Under the pieces are notes generated by a model that saw only the letters and a list, made by a program, of their open reading frames with translations, ran no database searches and was not told where the DNA came from. A stretch of 64,000 nt of DNA from Lingula anatina. Taxonomy: Eukaryota > Animalia > Brachiopoda. Numbering within the stretch: the stretch's first letter is position 1; each line of letters starts with the position of its first letter. This document shows, one piece after another, positions 39,253 to 50,156 of this stretch. The stretch covers positions 63,590,788 to 63,654,787 of the forward strand of contig CM120640.1 in NCBI GenBank assembly GCA_051362555.1, read 5' to 3'. The translations under genes were made by a program, and so were the position numbers.

Positions 39253-41640
39253 TTATGTACAGACACAGATGTGTCTGTACATATAGCCGTCATCTGCGTC
39301 TGTCGTCGCCGTCGCTGTCGCCGGGGCCGTCGCCGTCGGTGTGCACTTTAACCGTAAACACGATAAGTGAAAAACCGTTTTACTTTTTGGCTTGAAAGTT
39401 ACAGAACTGATGAATATTCATAATACGCCGGTCAAGTTCGAAAATCAGCATGATCGGGCTATTTGTAGGGAAGTTATGCTTTTTTTTTCACTTTTTTCAG
39501 CATATATGCAACATCACAAACACGATAAGTGGAAAACAGTTTTACCTTTTGGTTTGAAACTTACAGAACTGATGAATATTTATAATACGCAGGTCAAGTT
39601 CGAAAATCAGCATGATCGGGTCATTTTTAGGGAAGTTGTGCTTTTTTTTCACTTTTTTCAGCATATATGCAACACCGTAAACACGATAAGTGGAAAACCG
39701 TTTTACCTTTTGGCTTGAAAATTACAGAACTGATGGATATTCATAATACGCCGGTCAAGTTCGAAAATCAGCATAATCGGGCCATTATTTTAGAAGTTAT
39801 GCTTTTTTTTCACATTTCCTCAGATTCAATTCTTAGGCATGTTAATAGTCTCATTATTGAACTAATAAGATACGTGTTTGTATGACATTCCCTGCATCTT
39901 TACAACATTGTTAGTTGATTATGTAAAAATGATGGTAAATTTGTTATCGTGTATTGTGTAATGAAGTGTCAAAAATGGAAATAAACACATATCATTGCAG
40001 TTTGTCAGATTCAATCATCCACTATGTTCAGAATCTCAGAATGGAGGAAATTGGACATTTAACACTGTTCTATTGATATTTTTCCCATCTCATCAATTTT
40101 CTTAGTTGGTCATATAAAAATGGCAGTAAACTGTTAATTTTGTTTTATGTTAAAAAAGTGTTAAAAATGGAAATAAACCCATTTCAGAAAAGTGCTGTCT
40201 TGTTTACATTTTGGCATTTTCAAGATATGACTTTGAGTTCCATGGTCCTGAAGACCTTTGCTAGTCACATTTTCTGAATATCCATGATACTACTATTTTA
40301 TTATTAATAATTGATGGTCATTATGCTGTTAAACATTATGTAATATTGCATCAAAATTTGAAGAAACCCCTATTTTGGGCACTGCTCCCATGATGACCAT
40401 TTAAGGAAAATCATGTCACTCACTGTTCTCAAACTTACAGGAAAGAAACATGGGACTAAAATATAGCTTCAGTAGGCAATGCAGTCTGTTTGGTAAATTT
40501 TTCTGGCAATTAAACAGTTTTTTGTGAAAATTTAATTTTTCACTTATTGGCATTTTCAAGGTGTGATTTAGAACCTGCACGGGCTTGAAGACCTTTGCTA
40601 GTCACATTTTCTGAATATCCATGATACTAATATTTTATTATTAAAAATTGATGGTCATTATGCTGTTAAACATTATGTAATGTTGCATCAAAATAGAAGA
40701 AAACACAATTTTTGGTGTTGCTGCCATGATGACCATTATGGGAAAACCATGTTACTTATGACTGTCAAACTTTCAAAAAAGAAACACAGGACTAAAATGC
40801 AGCCTGAGTTGGAAAAACAGTCTAGTTGGCATCTTTTTCTGGAAGTTATACATTTTAGTGAAATATTCATTATCTTTTTGGCATATTCATTGTGGGACTC
40901 AGAGCTCCCATGGACATGAAGCCGAATGGTAATCAAATTTTCTACATGTCCATGCTATTTATAGTCAATAATCAAAAATTGGTGATAATTATTCTATAAT
41001 TTATTATGTAATGTTACATCAAAATTGACAAAAATCTTTTTGCACTGCTACTGCAAACATTATGAAAAAAAAACTGTGTTACTTATTATTATTTTTAACA
41101 TACAAGTATGATTTTTAGGATGCAGTTCAAATTAGAAAGCCAGGTCAATTGGTCAATTCTTTTATTATTAAATTTATGCAATTTTGTGTGAAATTTTCAT
41201 TTTTCTCATTCTGGCACTTTCAAAGTATAATCTTGAACTCTGATGGGCATGAAGCCTTATGCTTTTACTTTCGTCGGTGTTACCTGTTGTGCATAATTAA
41301 AATTTGATATTGACTGTGCAGTTAAACGTAATGTATTATTGCATCAGAATTGGTAGTCTCCTATTTTGTACATTATTGTTTTGTGCTTTTCTTAAGATGT
41401 GACTTATGGGCCTGAAAGACCTTTGAGAGGGTCAGTCTGTAAATTTCCCTTGGGTATCACTTAGCTAATTTCAGAGTTATAAAGTCATTTGCCTAATTAA
41501 TAGTTCTTTAAATGAGATTACATAAAGCACACTTGTTGATATTTCCCTGTAAACTCCCAAAGGTTAAGCTCTCTGCTAGATTAATAATAAGGAAGCAGTG
41601 ATAATTATGCAGGTAAATTTTGTTTAATATTGCAAATAAG

Positions 41641-41691
<51 letters not shown>

Positions 41692-42519
41692 CGAAGATTA
41701 AAGGTTTGAATAGCAGCTTCATTGGAATTATATTTACCTCTGCCAAGGAGGTTATGTTTTCACCCCTGTCTGTCATCAACATAACTCAAAAAGTTACGGA
41801 TCGATTTTGATGAAATTTTCAGGAACTGTCGGAAGTGGGCAAGGAGGACAATGATTAGTTATTGGTGTTGGTGGTCCAGATCAATAATCAATCAATAAGC
41901 AATAATAATCAACAATTGCTGTCTAGGCAGAGGTCTGTGCTCTCAGAGTGCTTTTCTTGTTTTGTTACGTTTTCCTTTTTAATTTTCAAACACTGGCATT
42001 TGTGACTTTTAACTCTCATCCGCCTGAGGCTCTGCACATTTTCTGTATTTCCACATAAGCAGTTGTATTGTTTTTTATGTCTTTAAACATTATGTAATAT
42101 TATCTTATGCACTGTCATCATTTTTAAAAAATTGAGACTTTCATCATGTGAATTTGAACTCTCCATGGTCCTGAAACTGTAATCTTATTGAAGGGGTGGA
42201 TTGAGACCATCTTCTGGGTCTTCCGGAAGACGGTCAGATTATTAAGTTTATATTGACTAGTATCTATTTTTTTCTGTTGGAAGACCATAAAAATGGGGGA
42301 TGGATCAACAGAGATACTTTGGAATACTGTCAGAAAATATCTCTGGGTTCGCTCCTGTTATTGACCATGGTACCTGTTGTGCATGATTAGAATTCAGTGT
42401 TGACTGACAGTGCTATTATAAGCATTATTTATTATTGCATCAAAATTGACAAAATGACCTATTTTGCATCTTTATTTTCTGTTTTTTGTCTGTACATTTG
42501 ACAGCTTTGCTGCCTTGTT
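39253..42519 (+). mobile_element. Full-length composite Helentron/HINE-like element (family A)
   Basis: It starts with the 5' palindrome TATGTACAGACACAGATGTGTCTGTACATA and a GTC/GCC microsatellite. Next come ~2.7 tandem 161-162-bp units (starts 39361, 39523, 39684). It ends with the subterminal inverted repeat TGTCTGTACAT, the hairpin GACAGC-TTT-GCTGCC and CTTGTT. Confidence 0.75.
41733..41961 (+). mobile_element. Short HINE-like element (family B) nested in family A
   Basis: ACCTCTGCCAAGGAGGT...GGCAGAGGT forms the subterminal inverted repeat, followed by a 3' hairpin and CTTTTCTTGTT. It is absent at the equivalent position (~62000) of the 59.9-62.6 kb copy. Related ends occur at 36115-36158 and 49060-49096. 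Confidence 0.65.
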
Positions 42520-42611
42520 TAGTAAGATTGATTACTCCTGTGAGTTTCATGACAATTGGCCTGTTTTTCTTAAATTGTGTTTACAGTGTTGCATATATGC
42601 TGAAAAGTGAA

Positions 42612-45600
42612 AACAAGGCAGCAAAGCTGTCAAATGTACAGACAAAAAGCAGGAAATAACTATGCACAAAATAGGCTACTGTCAATTCTGATGCAAAAGT
42701 ACATTATGTTAAACTGTAAATTCAACATCAATTTTTAATTATGCTCAACAGGAAATACCAATGAAAGTAAAATGTGTAACAAGCATAAGGCTTCAGGCCC
42801 ATGAGAGTTCAAGTTCACACTTTGAAAATGTATAACTTCCAGAAAAAGAAGCCAATTAGACTGCTTTTCCAACTCAGGCTGCATGCCGATTTTCGAACTT
42901 GACCTCCGTTTTAGTAAGATCGATTACTCCTGAGAGTTTCACGACAACAGGCCTATCGGTTTTCCTTGAAATGTGTTTACAGTGTTGCATATATGTTGAA
43001 AAGTGAAAGAAAAAAGCATAACTTCTACAATAATGGCCCGATCATCCTGATTTTCGAACTTGACCTGGGTTTTATGAATATTCATCAGCTCTTTAAATAT
43101 AAAGCCCAAAAGTAAAACTGCCTTCCACTTATCGTGTTTACAATGAAAGTGCAAGGTGCCGGCAACGGCTATGATGGCGACGACAGACGCAGGTGATGGC
43201 AATATGTACAGACACATCTGTACATATTTACTGTACTGTTTGAGAACAGTAAGTGACATGGTTTTTCTTAAATGGTCATCATGGGAGCAGTGCCCAAAAT
43301 AGGTTTTTTTCAAATTTTGACGCAATATTACATAATGTTTAACAGCATAATGACCATCAATTTTTAAGAATAAAATATTAGTATCATGGATATTCAGAAA
43401 ATGTGACTAGCAAAGGTCTTCAGGCCCATGGAACTTCAAAGCAACAACTTGAAAATGCCAAAATGTAAACAAGACAGCACTGTTCTGAAATGGGTTTATT
43501 TCCATTTTTAACAATTTTTAACATAAAACAAAATGAACAGTTTACTGCCATTTTTATATGATCAACTAAGAAAATTGATGAGATTGGAAAAATATCAATA
43601 TAACAGTGTTAAATGTCCAATTTCCTCCATTCTGAGATTCTGAACATAGTGGATGATTGAATCTGACAAACTGCAATGATATGAGTTTATTTCCATTTTT
43701 GACACTTTATTACACAATACACGATAAAAAGTTTACCATCATTTTTACATAATCAACTAACAATGTTGTAAAGATGCAGGAAATGTCAAACAATCACTTT
43801 TACGTATCTAATTAGTTTAATAATGAGACTGTTAACATGCCTAAGAATTGAATCTGAGGAAATGTAAAAAAACAGCACACCTTCTAAAATAATGGCACGA
43901 TTATGCTGATTTACGTACTCAACCTGCATTTTAGTAAAATTGACCACTCCTGTGACTTTCAAGACAATTGGCCTATCTGTTTTTCTTATATTGTGTTTAC
44001 AGTGTTGCATATATGCTGAAAAAAGAAAAAAAAGCATAACTACTAAAATAGTGGCCCAATCATGCCAATTTTCGAACTTGACCTGCGTTTTAGTAAGATC
44101 AATTTTTCCTGTGAGTTTCATGACAACAGGCCTATCGGTTTTTGTTGAAATGTGTTTACAGTGTTGCATATATGCTGAAAAGTGAAAAAACAGCATAACT
44201 TCTACAATAATGGCCCGATCATGCTGATTTTCGAACTTGACCTGCATTTTATGAATATTCATCAGCTCTGTAAATATAAAGCCAAAAAGTAAAACTGCCT
44301 TCCACTTATCGTGTTTACAAGGAAAGTGCACGGCAATGACGGCAACGGCGACGACAGTCGCAGGTGATGGCAATATGTACAGACACATCTATATATATTT
44401 ACTGTACTGTTTGAGAACAGTAAGTGACATGGTTTTTCTTAAATGGTCATCATGGGAGCAGTGCCCAAAATAGGTTTTTTTCAAATTTTGATGCAATATT
44501 ACATAACGTTTAACAGCATGATGACCATCAATTTTTAAGAATAAAATATTAGTATCATGGATATTCAGAAAATGTGACTAGCAAAGGTCTTCAGGCCCAT
44601 GGAACTTCAAAGTCACAACTTGAAAATGCCAAAATGTAAACAAGACAGCACTGTTCTGAAATGTTTTTTTTTTTTTTCATTTTTAACAATTTTTAACATA
44701 AAACAAAATTAACAGTTTACTGCCATTTTTATATTATCAACTAAGAAAATTGATGAGATGGGAAAATATCAACAGAGCAGTGTTAAATGTCCAATTTCTT
44801 CCATTCTGAGATTCTGAACATAATGAATGATTGAATCTGACAAACTGCAATGATATGAGTTTATTTCCATTTTTGAAACTTTATTACACAATACACGATA
44901 ACAAGTTTACCATCATTTTTACAAAATCAACTAACAATGTTGTAAAGATGCAGGAAATGTCAAACAAACACTTTTACGTATCTTATTAGTTTAATAATGA
45001 GACTGTTAACATGCCTAAGAATTGAATCTGAGGAAATGTGAAAAATATGCTGAAAAGTGAAAAAACAGCATAACTTCTACAATAATGGCCTGATCATGCT
45101 GATTTTCGAACTTGACCTGGGTTTTATGAATATTCATCAGCTCTGTAAATATAAAGCCAAAAAGTAAAACTGCCCTCCACTTATCGTGTTTACAAGGAAA
45201 GTGCACGGCGCCGGCATCGCCATCGGCATCGCCATCGGCGACGACAGACGCAGGTGATGGCAATATGTACAGACACATCTGTGTCTGTACATAAAAACAG
45301 CATAACTACTAAAATAGTGGACCGATCATGCTGATTTTAGAACTCGACCTGCGTTTAAAGGGATAATAACTCTTCGTTTTGGCCAAAAAATGAATTTTCC
45401 TGGAGTAAACAACAATTTTCCCATACTTATCATTGGTTAATGAATCCATTTTTACATTCAAAGTTAGTCCTTGGTTTTTTTCTAAAAAGTTTGGTTTTTT
45501 GTTAAAATCTCTTAAGAGATTTTAACAGAGTATAGCCATCAATGGACGTCATGTAGTCTAAAGACAAGCTCAGATATCAGAATAATAGTTATAACTGCCG

Positions 45601-47281
45601 TTTTTGTGTTAAAACAGAATATATTATATTTCTATGAGTTATTCATAATGTTTTTGTTGTGAAATATATATCTCATACGAAGAGTTATTATCCCTTTAAG
45701 TAAGATTGATTACTCCTGTGAGTTTCATGACAACAGGCCTATCGGTTTTCCTTGAAATGTGTTTACAGTGTTGCATATATGCTGAAAAGTGAAAAAACAG
45801 CATAACTTCTACAATAATGGCCAGATCATGCTGATTTTCGAACTTGACCTGCGTTTTATGAATATTCATCAGCTCTGTAAATATAAAGCCAAAAAGTAAA
45901 ACTGCCTTCCACTTATCGTGTTTACAAGGAAAGTGCACGGCAATGACGGCAACGGCGACGACAGTCGCAGGTGATGGCAATATGTACAGACACATCTATA
46001 TATATTTACTGTACTGTTTGAGAACAGTAAGTGACATGGTTTTTCTTAAATGGTCATCATGGGAGCAGTGCCCAAAATAGGTTTTTTTCAAATTTTGATG
46101 CAATATTACATAACGTTTAACAGCATGATGACCATCAATTTTTAAGAATAAAATATTAGTATCATGGATATTCAGAAAATGTGACTAGCAAAGGTCTTCA
46201 GGCCCATGGAACTTCAAAGTCACAACTTGAAAATGCCAAAATGTAAACAAGACAGCACTGTTCTGAAATGTTTTTTTTTTTTTTCATTTTTAACAATTTT
46301 TAACATAAAACAAAATTAACAGTTTACTGCCATTTTTATATTATCAACTAAGAAAATTGATGAGATGGGAAAATATCAACAGAGCAGTGTTAAATGTCCA
46401 ATTTCTTCCATTCTGAGATTCTGAACATAATGAATGATTGAATCTGACAAACTGCAATGATATGAGTTTATTTCCATTTTTGAAACTTTATTACACAATA
46501 CACGATAACAAGTTTACCATCATTTTTACAAAATCAACTAACAATGTTGTAAAGATGCAGGAAATGTCAAACAAACACTTTTACGTATCTTATTAGTTTA
46601 ATAATGAGACTGTTAACATGCCTAAGAATTGAATCTGAGGAAATGTGAAAAATATGCTGAAAAGTGAAAAAACAGCATAACTTCTACAATAATGGCCTGA
46701 TCATGCTGATTTTCGAACTTGACCTGGGTTTTATGAATATTCATCAGCTCTGTAAATATAAAGCCAAAAAGTAAAACTGCCCTCCACTTATCGTGTTTAC
46801 AAGGAAAGTGCACGGCGCCGGCATCGCCATCGGCATCGCCATCGGCGACGGCGACGACAGACGCAGGTGATGGCAATATGTACAGACACATCTGTGTCTG
46901 TACATAAAAACAGCAGAACTACTAAAATAGTGGACCGATCATGCTGATTTTAGAACTCGACCTGCGTTTAAGTAAGATTGATTACTCCTGTGAGTTTCAT
47001 GACAACAGGCCTATCGGTTTTCCTTGAAATGTGTTTACAGTGTTGCATATATGCTGAAAAGTGAAAAAACAGCATAACTTCTACAATAATGGCCAGATCA
47101 TGCTGATTTTCGAACTTGACCTGCGTTTTATGAATATTCATCAGCTCTGTAAATATAAAGCCAAAAAGTAAAACTGTCTTCCACTTATCGTGTTTACGCT
47201 GAAAGTGCACGGCGCTGGCGCCGGCAACGACAGAGGCAGGTGATGGCAATATGTACAGACACATCTGTGTCTGTACATAAT
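42612..47281 (-). mobile_element. Family A Helentron/HINE-like element expanded by ~1.2-1.27-kb tandem duplications
   Basis: The 3' end is at 42612 and heads lie at ~45292, ~46905 and ~47280. Unit starts (AGTAAGAT..ATT..TCCTG.GAGTTTCA) are at ~42913, 44092, 45699 and 46971. Units 2 and 3 are nearly identical. Confidence 0.75.
45359..45695. mobile_element. Kolobok-like MITE with TTAA TSD
   Basis: It has the 19-bp perfect TIR AGGGATAATAACTCTTCGT, with TTAA at 45355-45358 and 45696-45699. The empty site GCGTTTAAGTAAG is present in the next tandem unit (~46964-46976). Confidence 0.88.
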
Positions 47282-47472
47282 AATTCAGATAAGGTCACAA
47301 AAGGTCCAGTTTCATAATTTTTTCAGGATAGTTTAGAAATGGATAAAGGAAATGATCAGATATTGGTGTCAGTGATAATCCGATAAACAAACTATTATAG
47401 ATTTTGATAAAATTTTCTGCATAGGTAACACATGAATCAAGGAAGCAAGGAATAGATTTTGGTGACGATTCA

Positions 47473-48952
47473 TTAGGATTCCCCATAGGGGTATACTATT
47501 GTTTTTGCTGTTCTTATTATTCTTATTCTTATTAGGATTCCCCATAGGGGTATACTATTGTTTTTGCTGTTCTTATTATTATAAGGATTCGCCATAGGGG
47601 AATACTATTGTTTTTCCTGTTATTAGGATTCCCCATAGGGGAATACTGTACTATTGTTTTTGCTGTTATTATTATTATTAGGATTCCCCTTAGGGGAATA
47701 CTTTTGTTTTTGCTGTTATTAGGATTCCCCATAGGAGAATACTATTGTTTTTCCTGTTATTATTCTTATTTTTCGTCAAAAAATTTCTTTCTAAAATTCT
47801 GAAAAAATTCATACTGATAGCCTATGAACAGTTATTTGGGTCCCACAATTTCATTGACCTTGACCTAATTTACAAGGTCACAGAGCCTTTTAAAGTGAAA
47901 TTTTTGAAAATTCAGCAGAGGGTAAACCAGATGTCACAGAGCCACAAAGATGATGTAAAAAGTTGCCCTAGGGATCTATCCAGTGCAGTCGCTAATAATA
48001 TTGACAATTGACTGATTAGATCTTTTTAATATAGATTTTTAAATATTAATAATTCCACATAAATAGTGACTTTGTCGATTTCTCCATGAAATATTGATGT
48101 TTTGTGATAACATACTATAGTAAACTAACCCAAACATATACCCAACACCCCAAATCAAATGTCAAAGTTGACCTTGACCTTCACTTTCAAGGTCATTTGG
48201 ACATTTTTCTTTCCACACACTTTTTTTTTTTTGGAAAAAAATGAAATAAATATCATAGGTAGCCTATGGTCAGAATATGCTAAACACCCAGTAACAGTGA
48301 CCTTGACCCACTTTTCAACGTCACAGTGGCATTTACAGACGAAATTTGTAAAATTTGAAATTGCAATTATGCCTAAAGTAAGAGCTAAGTGGCCAAGGAC
48401 TCTTTGGCCAATGATACTAGGGTAAATTCCAAATATTTACCTACTTTCATGCAAGTAGGTCAAGGTCAAGGTTGCTAATGGCCAAACTGCCTTAAAACAG
48501 GTTTCTTTCCCATATCTCAAAAACTGGGCGGCCCAGAGCCTAGTTTTTAGGTGCACATGATGCCTTATAGTCTTATCTAAAGTTAGCTGAACATTCGTAG
48601 TGATTGCATGATACATTTTTTAAATATAGATTTTTAAATATTTATAATGTTGCAGAAATCGTGACTTGAAATACTGATTTTTGTGATAACATGCTATAGT
48701 AAACAACCACCAAATCTATGCCCATGATACCTTCAATTTCAAGGTTGTTTGGACATTTCAAGGTGACATATTCATTTGGGCTAAAACTGATGTATTGTTG
48801 ACCCACCTCCCCAAATCCACATATGCTCTTTCAGGATATGGGAATCAGATTTAGCACATGGCCTTGTAATTGACCTTTTTCTTCAAGGTCATTCCACCCC
48901 TATTTTGCAGGGGAATCCTCTGCCACTGGCTTCAGCCAGTTGCAGTCTAGTT
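47473..48952 (+). mobile_element. Helentron/HINE-like element (family C) with tandemly multiplied 5' head
   Basis: About six copies of TAGGATTCCCCATAGGGG.ATACTATTGTTTT lie at 47473-47760, followed by an internal TGACCTTGACC-rich body. The 3' end reads GGGGAATCCT (inverted to the head), hairpin ACTGGC-TTCA-GCCAGT, then CTAGTT. Confidence 0.7.
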
Positions 48953-49745
48953 CATTAATAAAAATTTTCAGGGTAGGTCACAAATGCGCCAAGGAAGAGA
49001 AGATAAGATTTTGATGACGAATTCATTAATAAATGGTTTTAAATAATTAGTCAATTATCTTGGTGGAGGTTGGGCTCTCCGAGTGCTTTTCTAGTCTTTT
49101 TTATTTTTTTAAAATTTTTTTATTTTTAGATTTTGTAAAATTATTGTATAGATATCATGGAATCCATTTAAAAAAATCTGTTTGTTCAATGTCTGTGTAC
49201 ACATTCTGCAATGTTTTGTTTCATTAGGTATCAAATCCTGTTAAATTCTTCAATATCAAATGAGTCATGAAATGTTCCATACTTCTCTTTTTATTCCTAT
49301 GGTATGTTATTGTTATTTGTTAGAGTGAAAAAAGCCCTTTGTTTAATTGAATTCCTTTATTCACTACACATAGTCAAAACACGTCACATCAAAATATCCA
49401 TGAAGAATCTTAAAAGTGTAAAGGGGTTTGTGATAAGTAATCATTCCAAACAAAATCGTCATAGGGGTAAAGATGAGACAGTGAAAATTTACATGTAGAT
49501 ACTAGTAAATCCCTCTCTGGCTGGTTTTGTAAGATTCCCTTGTGTACGCAGATAGAAACTGTTGGATGAAGAAAAAGTACAATAATAGGTAGAATCTTTC
49601 ATGAAATCACTATCAACATCCATTAAATAATGTCATTCAAGTTCTTCATTTAGACCAAACAAATTGTCAATATGCATAACTGGCTATTGAAATAAAATGG
49701 AAAACATCAAACAAGTCATGATGAAATATTGATGTTTTTTTCTTC

Positions 49746-50109
49746 TTAATGATGGAGATGTTGTTCTTCATCATAACCTTTGGATGTCCAGTTGCGTTGA
49801 GGACTGAAAAACAAAGAGTGGTCACCATCCCAAAACCTCAAGGGCTGGAAAAAAAAAAAAGATGAAGAAATTGTAAATATACTAACTTAAGCAAGTTCCT
49901 TAACAGCAAATGGCTCATCATCCTTTCAATCATACACATATTTGTATAAATGTCAAAATAATATTGATCTGCCAAGAAAAATGCAAATAATTGAGGATTT
50001 TGGGAGACTTCACAATGAAACTATCATAATAAGTAGATCGATTTAACTCGAATTAAATTGGAAAAAAGGAATATCTCCAAAAAAAGGAAAAAATAAGAAT
50101 CTTGCATTA

Positions 50110-50156
<47 letters not shown>

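Noticed and set aside
39406-39450. CTGATGA...GAAA in the 162-bp unit as a hammerhead ribozyme core
   Set aside because: The intervening sequence does not close a stem II (A...C at its base), and no convincing stems I/III were found.
37219-47264. Repeated ORFs (MKLTEL..., MCLYILPSPA..., ...KHDKWK...) as a peptide gene family
   Set aside because: They are translations of the satellite unit and element head, with inconsistent frames and stops between copies.
47473-47760. CRISPR-like array of palindromic repeats
   Set aside because: The spacers are low-complexity and similar to each other, there are no cas genes, and the context is eukaryotic.
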